The translations under genes were made by a program, and so were the position numbers. Shown in pieces: positions 55,559 to 64,000 of a stretch of DNA of 64,000 bases (its first letter is position 1; each line of letters starts with the position of its first letter). The stretch is from Candidatus Woesearchaeota archaeon (lineage in GTDB: Archaea; Nanobdellota; Nanobdellia; Woesearchaeales; GW2011-AR9): contig JBAYIU010000001.1 of assembly GCA_041665465.1 (NCBI GenBank), positions 1,081,733-1,145,732 of the forward strand, written 5' to 3'. Under the pieces are notes generated by a model. The model was not told the DNA's origin. It did no database searches and was given only the letters and a program-made list of their open reading frames with translations.

Positions 55559-55986
55559 TAGGTCTTTCCTTTATACATTACTTCGTTGATACGGTGTAAA
55601 GGGATGAACACTTCTTGTCCATTATTCTCATGTTCTACTACCAAACTTCCTCGTTCAACATGTTTTATCCGTTCTGCTCTAACTATAACATCTTTCTTTA
55701 GAATTTTGTCATGATAATGAATCTCAAATAGGTTCTTATGAGGGTGACCAGTGATAAAATGAGCTACACGATTGGTTGATTTATCTAAACTGCCTAGAGG
55801 ATCAAATTCTTTAAAGATTATCCCGGAAAAGGTAAGTATAGCAAATCCTACAAATAAAGCAACCCATTCATTTCCGATAGCAGGGATTTCGTACCATCCT
55901 TCCCATAACCCTTTCCATACCAGGATAACTCCTAGAGCTGCAGTCAAAGACCATAAAAAATGTTTATCTTGTTCTCTCAGTATCAT
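55546..55986 (-). CDS. Hypothetical 2-TM membrane protein, tandem paralog 2
   Basis: See the previous entry. Overlapping start and stop imply an operon with the pilin-like gene. Confidence 0.45.
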   Translation of the reverse strand: MILREQDKHFLWSLTAALGVILVWKGLWEGWYEIPAIGNEWVALFVGFAILTFSGIIFKEFDPLGSLDKSTNRVAHFITGHPHKNLFEIHYHDKILKKDVIVRAERIKHVERGSLVVEHENNGQEVFIPLHRINEVMYKGKTYWRL

Positions 55987-56076
55987 CTTTATTCCTCTTT
56001 TAGAAGATGATAGGTTATCTGTATATAAATGCTTTTCTTGGGGGGGTATCTACTTGTTAGTGATAAAATGCGCAAA

Positions 56077-56087
56077 GTTTATAAATG
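56077..56087 (+). promoter_or_regulatory. TATA box (GTTTATAAATG) for the 56121 lipoprotein gene
   Basis: Consensus TATA about 30 nt upstream of the ATG. Confidence 0.45.
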
Positions 56088-56120
56088 AAAAGACGTTTTA
56101 GTGTGTATAAAACGAGGTAA

Positions 56121-56525
56121 TTGAAAATGACTATGAGAAATACATTATGTGCGTTAGTTGCTGTTGCTACTTTAGCTGTTGGATGTGCTAACTCTGATAT
56201 TCAGGTTCCACAACCACCTAAATCTGAACCAAATCCTATTGAAACTATTCGTTGGAATGGTGCAGAATACCGAGCTAATTTTAGTAAGGATGGAACTTTA
56301 GAATCCTTGGTTCCCTCTGATGTTTCGACCCATCAACCCAGTAATACTGATTGTTATTTCCCTCAAGGTCAAGAAGATTCTTGTCGAGGATATCTAGATA
56401 GAATTCCTTTATCTGCTCAATCCGCAGCAGCAATCAGATCATATGTTCAAGTAATTAGAGAGGTAGACTATCGTTTAAAATTAGATGTTTATCTTGCTGA
56501 ACAAGCTGCTAAGAAGGCAAAGTAA
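56121..56525 (+). CDS. Putative lipoprotein
   Basis: Signal peptide with the lipobox LAVGCAN. Confidence 0.45.
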   Translation: MKMTMRNTLCALVAVATLAVGCANSDIQVPQPPKSEPNPIETIRWNGAEYRANFSKDGTLESLVPSDVSTHQPSNTDCYFPQGQEDSCRGYLDRIPLSAQSAAAIRSYVQVIREVDYRLKLDVYLAEQAAKKAK

Positions 56526-56572
56526 TTTTATTATTTATCTTTAAGTAAAAGTGGTGATAGACAGATTATTGA

Positions 56573-57358
56573 TTGGGAGATTTAACTATGGCAGAAAAAA
56601 AAGAACTGGGAGAAGTATTAGGAATTGTTAGTCCCGAATTACCTTATTCTTACTTTATATCTCAAAATCAAGTTATCACTGCGGAAGTGGATATCTTGGG
56701 TTTTGTTTTAACGGATATTCTTGCAGGATTGCTTCCTTCATATCAATCCAGAGCTGCTGAATTAAGAGCTCCTTTTTATACTCGTTTGGCTCAGATTCAA
56801 AGTGATGGTCCAAGAATGGAAGATGTGCCTATTTTTTTAGATTTAGTCAAATCTTCAGTATCTAATAAAATTAAGGAATGGAGCGAAGACCACCCTCAAG
56901 AGATGAAAGAGATAAAAGTAAGGCATCCCTATATTCTTGGCATTTCTAATGCCCGAGCCGATTATTTGTTTTTTGATTTCTTGAATCAGTATGTTTTGTC
57001 CGATCTATCTCTCGAAAGACAAACGGAATTATTTAATTGGGCATCCTCACAAGTAAGTTCTTCTGACTGCTTTGGTATGTGGAAAAACTTGAAAGGAATG
57101 TTAACTGAACTCGAATCAGAATTAGCTCATCGAAAATATCATCGATGGGTGGATCGAGAAGATGTAAAAAGAGAAAAAGGTCGTACTTTTGAATATTCTG
57201 GTGGAGGAAACCGAGTCGAATACTTCGCTCACTTTGCAGCAGTTAGTGGTTTAGATTATCATGGATTTGATTTTGGGGCAAGACCAAAAGGCCATAGTGA
57301 TTTAGGCCACCACCAATTTAATGTGATTATGCATAAGATTCCGTTATTTGAGAGATGA
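56573..57358 (+). CDS. Hypothetical protein (261 aa)
   Basis: ORF translationally coupled (ATGA) to the next gene. Confidence 0.4.
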   Translation: MGDLTMAEKKELGEVLGIVSPELPYSYFISQNQVITAEVDILGFVLTDILAGLLPSYQSRAAELRAPFYTRLAQIQSDGPRMEDVPIFLDLVKSSVSNKIKEWSEDHPQEMKEIKVRHPYILGISNARADYLFFDFLNQYVLSDLSLERQTELFNWASSQVSSSDCFGMWKNLKGMLTELESELAHRKYHRWVDREDVKREKGRTFEYSGGGNRVEYFAHFAAVSGLDYHGFDFGARPKGHSDLGHHQFNVIMHKIPLFER

Positions 57359-57897
57359 ACATGAATGTTACAGAACTGCCCATAATCGGAGGAATTAAAG
57401 AATTATCCCCCTTAGAAGCAGAGCTGTTAGATCAACCTCAACCAGAAACTTCTCTTCTTGGAAAAGTAGCAAATGCTTATTATTCTCCTAAATGTTTTGA
57501 ACAACATGGTAGGCTCTATGAAAGATTAGGAATAAGGTATTTTAAAGAAAAGTTGATGCAACTTCGAAGGAAAGTCCCTTACTCATCTGTAGGAGTACAA
57601 TACGGGAATAATTATTTTATTGGTCAAGAAGATCGTAATGTTGTTTCATTACAAAAATTTGAATCTGAAACAAGATATAATGAATTTGTTCACGCTCTAG
57701 TACAAGGGGGACTAGTAGCACATATGGGACTTTCCTTAATTGCAGATAGTCCTGATACTCTAGTAGTGAGTTTACCTCTTTTCATTGTAAATGGATATAT
57801 CTTGATGACACAAAGATGGAACCGAAACAGAGTTTACAATACTCTCGATGTGTTAAGAGAACAATATCATCAAACAATTACTAAAGGGGTAGCATAA
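57355..57897 (+). CDS. Hypothetical protein (180 aa)
   Basis: ORF directly followed by the endonuclease V gene. Confidence 0.4.
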   Translation: MNMNVTELPIIGGIKELSPLEAELLDQPQPETSLLGKVANAYYSPKCFEQHGRLYERLGIRYFKEKLMQLRRKVPYSSVGVQYGNNYFIGQEDRNVVSLQKFESETRYNEFVHALVQGGLVAHMGLSLIADSPDTLVVSLPLFIVNGYILMTQRWNRNRVYNTLDVLREQYHQTITKGVA

Positions 57898-57898
57898 G

Positions 57899-58543
57899 AT
57901 GGACACTTTAGAACTACGTCGAGAACAACAGAGATTAGCTTCTAAGATAGTTCTACGTGACGGATTCGAAGAAATAAAAACTATTGCTGGAATTGATACT
58001 CAGATTGTAGGAAATAAACTTCTAGCTTGTGTAGTGGTGTGTGAATATCCTTCTTTAAAGGTGATTGAATCTCAGACTTATACTTTAAACAGTCCTCTGC
58101 CTTACAAGCCGGGATTTCAAGCATACAGAGAAATGCCGGCTATGATCGAAGCTTACAATAAACTAAGCCAAGAAGCAGATGTAATCCTAGTGAAGGGAGA
58201 AGGAATATTACATCCTCGAAGGATGGGGGTGGCTTCACATCTGGGATTAAGTTTGAATCAAGCCACTATTGGTATAAGTGCTAGTTTAACTTTAGGGAAG
58301 GTTAACGAAGGAAAGATAATTTATGATAATGAAGTATGTGGTTTTGAGATAGTTACTCGGGAACATGCTAATCCAGTGTACATCTCACCTGGCCATTTAA
58401 TCACTTTAGGGTCAGCGTTAGAACTAGTTACTAAGACTTTACGTTATCCGCACAAGATGCCAGAACCTTTACATTTAGTTCATAAGATTCTTAGAAGAAA
58501 TATCAAAGAAGAAGGTTTTCCTAACGTTGAAGAAAAGAAATAA
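57899..58543 (+). CDS. nfi: Endonuclease V (deoxyinosine 3' endonuclease)
   Basis: GIDTQIVGNKLLACVVV...PYKPGFQAYREMP...GEGILHPRRMGVASHLG...TIGISAS matches the Nfi signature. Confidence 0.8.
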   Translation: MDTLELRREQQRLASKIVLRDGFEEIKTIAGIDTQIVGNKLLACVVVCEYPSLKVIESQTYTLNSPLPYKPGFQAYREMPAMIEAYNKLSQEADVILVKGEGILHPRRMGVASHLGLSLNQATIGISASLTLGKVNEGKIIYDNEVCGFEIVTREHANPVYISPGHLITLGSALELVTKTLRYPHKMPEPLHLVHKILRRNIKEEGFPNVEEKK

Positions 58544-58601
58544 CCGTTCTCTTAAAAGATTTAGTAAAGTATATTAACTACTTATTTTTCTTTTGAGAAC
58601 C

Positions 58602-58742
58602 ATGGTTAAAACAACATTAATTGTAGATAAGAATAAATCTATGAAATTAGGTGGGGAAACCTACTACTATTGCACCAAAGGAGAGAAGATGGCTGGACAA
58701 TATTTACCTGCTAGCTGGCTCAAACAGCAGGGTTTAATCTGA
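58602..58742 (+). CDS. Possible small protein (46 aa) not in the ORF track, followed by a T8 terminator
   Basis: ATG at 58602, in frame to the TGA at 58740-58742 (MVKTTLIVDKNKSMKLGGETYYYCTKGEKMAGQYLPASWLKQQGLI). CTGTTTTTTTTG at 58747-58758. Confidence 0.25.
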   Translation: MVKTTLIVDKNKSMKLGGETYYYCTKGEKMAGQYLPASWLKQQGLI

Positions 58743-58795
58743 ACCGCTGTTTTTTTTGATAATCTTTATAAAATACCTCTCCCCTCTTCTTTATT

Positions 58796-60394
58796 ATGGT
58801 TAAGAAACTAGAATTAGATCAAAGCAAATTGGCTAAATACCACGATTTGTGGTCGATGGGAGTTAATCCCTATCCTTACACTTTTCACCTTACGCACCAT
58901 GCTAAGGAAATAAACGAAAAGTTTGCCAAGTTGAATATTGGAGAACATGCTGAAGATAAGGTTTCTGTAGCCGGTAGGTTGATGTTACAGCGAGTGATGG
59001 GTAAAGCTAGTTTTGCTCATATTCAAGATCAAACCGGGAAATTGCAGTTATATCTTTCACAAGAGAATCTTGGTGAAGAGAATTATAAAACATTTACTAA
59101 GAAAATCGATGCTGGAGATATTATTGGGGTAGAAGGAACAGTATTCAAAACGAAAACAGGAGAAGTGACGATTGAAGTTAAACAATTACAACTTCTTTCT
59201 AAATCTTTACTTTCTATGCCTGAAAAGTTCCACGGTCTGAAAGATAAAGAATTAAGATACAGGCAAAGGTATGTTGACTTGTTCATGAATCCAGAGACGA
59301 GAGACGTATTTGTCAAAAGAAGTTTGATGTTAGAATCGATTAGACAATTTTTCAAGGAGAAAGCATTTATGGAAGTGGAAACCCCCGCTTTACAAGTTAT
59401 TTACGGTGGAGCTAATGCCCGACCATTTTTAACTCATATCAATGCTTGGAACATGAGAATGTTCTTGTCTATCTCTCCCGAACCTTATTTGAAAAGATTA
59501 CTTGTTGGAGGATTTGAACGGGTGTTTACTATCTGTAAGAATTTCCGTAACGAAGATGTGGACCATACTCATAATCCTGAGTTTACCATGTTGGAATGTT
59601 ATCAAGCGTATGTTGATTATAACACCATGATGGAATATATGGAACAGATCTATGAAAGAGCTGCTTTAGCTTTGAACGGTACGACTAAAGTAAAACATCT
59701 TTACAAAGGTGAAGAAGTAGTGATTGATTTCAAAGCACCTTGGGAACGCCTATCCATGTTAGATGCTTTAAAGAAATATGGTGGGATTGATGCTTATAAG
59801 TTAAGTAAGGAAGATGTTCTAGACTTGGTTTCTCAACATGGAATTGAGTTTGATGGAGATTTCACTTGGGGATTAGGAGTTCAATTACTGTTTGAAGAAT
59901 TAGCTGAAGAAAAATTAGTTCAACCAGTACATATTACCGATCATCCTAAAGAATCAACCCCTTTGTGTAAACCACATCGGCAAGATGCCCGGTTGATTGA
60001 ACGCTTTGAATCTTTCTGTATGGGAGCAGAATTATGTAACGCTTACTCTGAGTTAAACGATCCAGTTCTGCAACGTAAGTTGTTAGAAGATCAGGCAGCT
60101 CAACTTCGCGGCGGAAATGAAGAAGCTCATCCCATGGATGAAGATTTCGTTAACGCGATCGAGTATGGAATGGTACCTGCTGGTGGTTTAGGATTTGGAA
60201 TAGACAGAATGGCAATAATGCTAACTGGAGTAGAATCTATCCGAGATGTTATCTTCTTCCCTACTATGAAACCTCTTCCTGAAGAAGAAGTAAAGAAGGA
60301 AGGCCATAAGGAAGAGAGTAAGAAAGAAGAGAAGGATAATTCTGAACAGAAGCACGAACATAAGAAAGGTCATTCTGAAGTAGAGGAAGAATAA
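58796..60394 (+). CDS. lysS: Lysyl-tRNA synthetase, class II, with a K/E-rich C-terminal tail
   Basis: Class II motifs: FMNPETR..., a motif 2 region, and a motif 3 region GGLGFGIDRMAIMLTG. Tail KKEGHKEESKKEEKDNSEQKHEHKK. Confidence 0.9.
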   Translation: MVKKLELDQSKLAKYHDLWSMGVNPYPYTFHLTHHAKEINEKFAKLNIGEHAEDKVSVAGRLMLQRVMGKASFAHIQDQTGKLQLYLSQENLGEENYKTFTKKIDAGDIIGVEGTVFKTKTGEVTIEVKQLQLLSKSLLSMPEKFHGLKDKELRYRQRYVDLFMNPETRDVFVKRSLMLESIRQFFKEKAFMEVETPALQVIYGGANARPFLTHINAWNMRMFLSISPEPYLKRLLVGGFERVFTICKNFRNEDVDHTHNPEFTMLECYQAYVDYNTMMEYMEQIYERAALALNGTTKVKHLYKGEEVVIDFKAPWERLSMLDALKKYGGIDAYKLSKEDVLDLVSQHGIEFDGDFTWGLGVQLLFEELAEEKLVQPVHITDHPKESTPLCKPHRQDARLIERFESFCMGAELCNAYSELNDPVLQRKLLEDQAAQLRGGNEEAHPMDEDFVNAIEYGMVPAGGLGFGIDRMAIMLTGVESIRDVIFFPTMKPLPEEEVKKEGHKEESKKEEKDNSEQKHEHKKGHSEVEEE

Positions 60395-60461
60395 ACTTTC
60401 TTTTTTTGTTTATTCTCTCTACCATCAAAATTCTTTTAAACCCCCCTCTATCCTTATCTCT

Positions 60462-62234
60462 ATGGCTAAAATTCAAGTCTTATCTGAAGATTTAATTAAC
60501 AAGATCGCCGCTGGTGAAGTTATTGAAAGGCCTGCCAGCGTAGTTAAGGAGTTGTTAGAGAATTCTTTAGATGCCGGAGCGACTAAAGTCCAGATTGAAA
60601 TCAAGAATTATGGGCAGGATTTAATCAAAGTTACGGATAACGGAGAAGGGATGGATCAAGCCGATGCTCTTAACTCGGTGGTAAGGCATGCTACCAGCAA
60701 GATCAGAAACCAAGATGATCTGTTCTCTATCAACACCTTAGGATTTAGAGGAGAAGCCCTGGCTAGTATCGCTGCCGTGTCAAAATTAACTCTTTCTACT
60801 AAAACTGGAACTAATCTAGCTGGATTTAATATTGTACTTGAAGGAGGAATAATTAAGTATACCTCTGAGATTGGAATGGAAAAGGGAACCATTATTATGG
60901 TAGAAAATCTTTTCTTTAACACTCCCGCTAGAAAGAAGTTTCTTAAGACTGATGCAGTAGAATTAAGGCATATTGTTGAAGTAGTAATGCAGTATGCTTT
61001 AATCAATTCTAATGTTTCTTTTATATTAATTCATGAAGGAAGAGAGATATTACATTCTCCCAGCGTTTCTGGATGGAGAGATAATATCGCTTCTTTGTAC
61101 GGCTTTTCTTTAGCTAAAGAGTTGTTAGAGATAGAGAAAGAAGAGGTTGAATCCGGAGTCCATGTTAAGGGATTTGTATCTAAACCTTATGATGCGCGTA
61201 ATGATAAAACTCAGCAAGCTTTGTTTGTTAATGGAAGATGGATTCGTAACGAAGAATTGACTAAAACCATTTATGATGCTTATCACTCTTTATTATTTGT
61301 GGGTAAGCACCCTATCTTTATTATTAATATTCAGTTAGATCCAACTAAGATTGATGTGAATGTTCATCCCACTAAGTCTGATATTAAGATCGAACAGAAA
61401 ACAGAAGTTATGGAAACCTTGTTTAAAGCAGTACGCGAAGCGTTACAGCGTCATGATTTAATTCCAGTAATGGACTTTGGGTATGAACAGCAATTAGCGT
61501 TTGGCAAAACCCTGGTTAGAGAAGAACAGAAAGTTGCTGCCAAGTATGCGTTTGAACCTTCTGAGCAGATGGTGTTAAGTTTTCCTTCTGATGAATTAGT
61601 TCCGGGAGAAAGTTATTCTACTGCTTCCGATGTTACTAATGAAATTCCTGCTTCAGACAAACTGCCCCCGTTACGTTTACTGGGACAGATTCATAAAACT
61701 TTCTTTGTAGCAGAAACCCCTGGTGGAGTACTATTTATCGATCAACATGTGGTCCAAGAGAGAGTATTATATGAAAAGTTTATGGAGCAGTTCATGAATA
61801 AAAGGGTAGCAGTACAGAATTTATTACAACCGGAAATCTTAGAGTTAACTCCTACTCAGAACCTATTGTTGCAGGAGAATAAGGATCATCTACTTAGCTG
61901 GGGATTTGGATTAGAAGAGTTTGGGGATAATTCTTTTTTGTTACGTACTGTTCCTACTATTTTTGGCAGATTACAACCAAAAGAGATGTTGTTTGAGATT
62001 ATTCAGCAACTTTCTGAAGGGAAGTCAAGGCTGGAAGAAGTGCAAGAAGATATTATCACCAGAATGGCTTGTCGAGCTTCAGTAAAGGCTGGAGATACTT
62101 TGACTAATGGAGAGATGCAAATCTTATTAGGGGCGTTGAATCATACTGTTTTCCCTTACACTTGTCCTCATGGAAGGGCAGTGTTGATTAAGATGGATGT
62201 GGATGAATTAGAACGGAAGTTTCATCGTAAATGA
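60462..62234 (+). CDS. mutL: DNA mismatch repair protein MutL (with the C-terminal endonuclease motif)
   Basis: N-terminal GHKL ATPase (AAGEVIERPASVVKELLENSLDAGAT) and C-terminal DQHVVQERVLYE (DQHAxxERxxxE). Confidence 0.85.
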   Translation: MAKIQVLSEDLINKIAAGEVIERPASVVKELLENSLDAGATKVQIEIKNYGQDLIKVTDNGEGMDQADALNSVVRHATSKIRNQDDLFSINTLGFRGEALASIAAVSKLTLSTKTGTNLAGFNIVLEGGIIKYTSEIGMEKGTIIMVENLFFNTPARKKFLKTDAVELRHIVEVVMQYALINSNVSFILIHEGREILHSPSVSGWRDNIASLYGFSLAKELLEIEKEEVESGVHVKGFVSKPYDARNDKTQQALFVNGRWIRNEELTKTIYDAYHSLLFVGKHPIFIINIQLDPTKIDVNVHPTKSDIKIEQKTEVMETLFKAVREALQRHDLIPVMDFGYEQQLAFGKTLVREEQKVAAKYAFEPSEQMVLSFPSDELVPGESYSTASDVTNEIPASDKLPPLRLLGQIHKTFFVAETPGGVLFIDQHVVQERVLYEKFMEQFMNKRVAVQNLLQPEILELTPTQNLLLQENKDHLLSWGFGLEEFGDNSFLLRTVPTIFGRLQPKEMLFEIIQQLSEGKSRLEEVQEDIITRMACRASVKAGDTLTNGEMQILLGALNHTVFPYTCPHGRAVLIKMDVDELERKFHRK

Positions 62235-62735
62235 TTACTCTTTTTGATATTGAAATAAACTGATTAAAGTAATATTAGCAGAACAGATATATTGAGCTAA
62301 GCAAACCTCAATTCCCGGGAACCTTGGGTGTCTCTCGGAATTTTCTCTAACTATGGTATTCCCTATTTCGGGACCGTGTGCGTATCCTGGATAGATAAAA
62401 TGATACTTAAAGATTAAAGGTTTCATATCTCTTGGAGGAAAATAAGGGTATTTTACTGCATGTAATCCCCAATAACCTTTATCCTTATAATATGGCTTCA
62501 TAAAAGGACTTATCTCCAATACTTCTGAAGATAAACGATGATCTTCTGAAAGGATGTCATCTAAGTTCTTTACTATTTCTATAGTTGGGCATTTCCACGT
62601 AGAACATATCTCTAATCCCAAGGTGAAGAACTTCGTAAGTTTGCCATCTCTATTCCCTTTTGGAACTAATTCAATTTCGTCCTTTAAGTTTTGCATAAAT
62701 AGTCTTAACATCTCTTTTTTAGAAACAGAGACCAT
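62235..62735 (-). CDS. Hypothetical protein
   Basis: 166-aa ORF, convergent with mutL. Confidence 0.4.
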   Translation of the reverse strand: MVSVSKKEMLRLFMQNLKDEIELVPKGNRDGKLTKFFTLGLEICSTWKCPTIEIVKNLDDILSEDHRLSSEVLEISPFMKPYYKDKGYWGLHAVKYPYFPPRDMKPLIFKYHFIYPGYAHGPEIGNTIVRENSERHPRFPGIEVCLAQYICSANITLISLFQYQKE

Positions 62736-62806
62736 TAATAACCTAAGTCGTCAATTTTCGACAACTTATAAGAAATATTTATATATATCAAATCATTTAA
62801 GCAATT

Positions 62807-63520
62807 ATGGAACAAGATTTGATAAACTATGGTTTATCTGAAAAAGAAGCTAAACTATATCTGCTCTGTCTTAAAGCGGGAGAAACTACCGCTAATAGAC
62901 TGATTAAACTATCTGGGATGCCTCGCGGAACTACTTATGATATTTTGAATAAACTCAAAGAAATGGGATTAATTAGTTCAATTCTCAAAGACCATGGAGC
63001 AGTTTATCTAGCTAACGATCCAGAAATTTTGGTTAAAGAGTTAGATGAGAAGAAAGAAGATATTCAAAAGATAATCCCGGATTTAAGAAAAATAAGTAAA
63101 ACTCTTTCTCCCTCGCCGGAGATAGAAGTCTTTGGAGGTTTATCTGGAATTAAAAAGATCTTAGATGAGATACTGGAAAATTGCAAAGAAGTTATCATTA
63201 TGGGAAACGAGAAGTATGCTCGAGAAGTAATCAGACATCATCCAGAAAACTTTCGTATGAAGAGACTAGAAAGAAAGATTAGAATTAAAAACTTGCTGGA
63301 AGAATCAAAGATTTCCAGATTACTACAAGATGATGCTTACTCTCAAGTTAGACATCATCCTTCATTAAAGGAATCTAAAGAGGTATTAATCATTTATAAT
63401 GATAATACGGTTCATATTATCATGGAAGAACCAATAAAAATAATAAAGATCAATTCAAAGGAATATACTCGAACCCAAAAGATTTTGTTTGAGAGTCTTT
63501 GGGAAAGTGCGAAGAAATAA
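62807..63520 (+). CDS. TrmB-family transcriptional regulator
   Basis: YGLSEKEAKLYLLCLKAGETTANRLIKLSGMPRGTTYDILNKLKEMGLI is a TrmB N-terminal winged HTH. Confidence 0.65.
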   Translation: MEQDLINYGLSEKEAKLYLLCLKAGETTANRLIKLSGMPRGTTYDILNKLKEMGLISSILKDHGAVYLANDPEILVKELDEKKEDIQKIIPDLRKISKTLSPSPEIEVFGGLSGIKKILDEILENCKEVIIMGNEKYAREVIRHHPENFRMKRLERKIRIKNLLEESKISRLLQDDAYSQVRHHPSLKESKEVLIIYNDNTVHIIMEEPIKIIKINSKEYTRTQKILFESLWESAKK

Positions 63521-63545
63521 TATGGTCTTGTTGTACTATACCCCT

Positions 63546-64000
63546 TTAATCCTTAAACACTTTCTCAACTAATCTGAATCTTTTATTCTTACAATCTATC
63601 TCTGCTTTAATCCCCAGAGGTAAAATCCATTGGGGGTCAGTATGGCCAAAGTCCATATTCATAATTATCGGAAGAGAAGTGTTCTTTAATTCAACTTTAA
63701 CCACTTTCAACACTTTCTCTTCTAACTCCTTTCTCTCTTTAGCATTATATTTCATCGGCCTCCCAATAATCAAGGCAGATATTTTATCCAGGATTCCTTG
63801 CGTTCCGTAATTACGAATCATCCACTTAACTTGTTCTGGAGTAGGTTTATCATTTGATAGTTCTAAGAACAGAATTCTTCCTTGCCAGAAAGTTTCTTTG
63901 GGCCAGAATTTAGTTCCTTTCATGAATTCTAACACTTCAATACATCCCCCAAAAAGTTCTCCTTTAACTATGGATTTACCTTGCAGCCAGTTCCAACCAG
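63546..64000 (-). CDS. LD-carboxypeptidase (peptidase S66-like), C-terminal part; the gene continues beyond the window end
   Basis: DFGHTDPQWILPLGIKAEID matches the S66 C-terminal His region. The frame remains open upstream of the Met at 63935 (…GGCIEVLEFMKGTKFW…) through position 64000. Confidence 0.5.
   Translation of the reverse strand, partial: GWNWLQGKSIVKGELFGGCIEVLEFMKGTKFWPKETFWQGRILFLELSNDKPTPEQVKWMIRNYGTQGILDKISALIIGRPMKYNAKERKELEEKVLKVVKVELKNTSLPIIMNMDFGHTDPQWILPLGIKAEIDCKNKRFRLVEKVFKD

Noticed and set aside
1-64000. Search for CRISPR arrays, rRNA genes, transposases or integrases
   Set aside because: No regularly spaced direct repeats, rRNA-like conserved stretches, or DDE/tyrosine-recombinase-like ORFs were seen. 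The GC-elevated islands lack recognisable mobility genes in this window.

Overview
This window reads as a low-GC (about 35-37%) archaeal chromosome segment; the small, compact genes and many bacterial-type accessory genes suggest a DPANN-like lineage, but that is inference.

The backbone is conserved archaeal information-processing genes:
- RpoE'–Spt4–S24e–S27ae;
- L7Ae–S28e–L24e–NDK–aEF-2;
- aEF-1alpha–S10;
- aCPSF1–proteasome beta;
- a CCA-adding enzyme, class II LysRS, endonuclease V, a family 4 uracil-DNA glycosylase and a partial SMC at the left edge.

Promoters are archaeal TATA boxes (TTTATAAA with an A-rich upstream BRE), usually 20-30 bp from the start codon, which fits leaderless mRNAs.

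An accessory layer with locally elevated GC (about 40-50%) is interleaved with this backbone. It contains:
- four paralogous AbrB-N/PhoU-like regulators, each beside different cargo;
- three Lrp/AsnC regulators;
- a tandem pair of radical SAM (SPASM-like) enzymes translationally coupled to a thymidylate-kinase-like P-loop kinase;
- a RelA/SpoT-type HD small alarmone hydrolase;
- a membrane CYTH-like protein;
- an operon encoding a J-domain/Ser-Thr kinase fusion, a C-terminally truncated pyruvate-kinase-like barrel and an S/G-rich protein;
- a cell-envelope cluster of lipobox lipoproteins, an OmpA-like+vWA protein and a membrane-anchored SLT lytic transglycosylase with LysM, plus an LD-carboxypeptidase at the right edge;
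- an orphan MutL;
- a PLD-type cardiolipin-synthase-like gene flanked by two DedA proteins;
- two sets of tandem paralogs.

One tRNA-Ser(UGA) with a probable non-canonical intron and one further tRNA-like structured RNA were found by eye. No rRNA, CRISPR array or transposase was detected. All protein assignments are motif-level recognition from the translations, not database hits.
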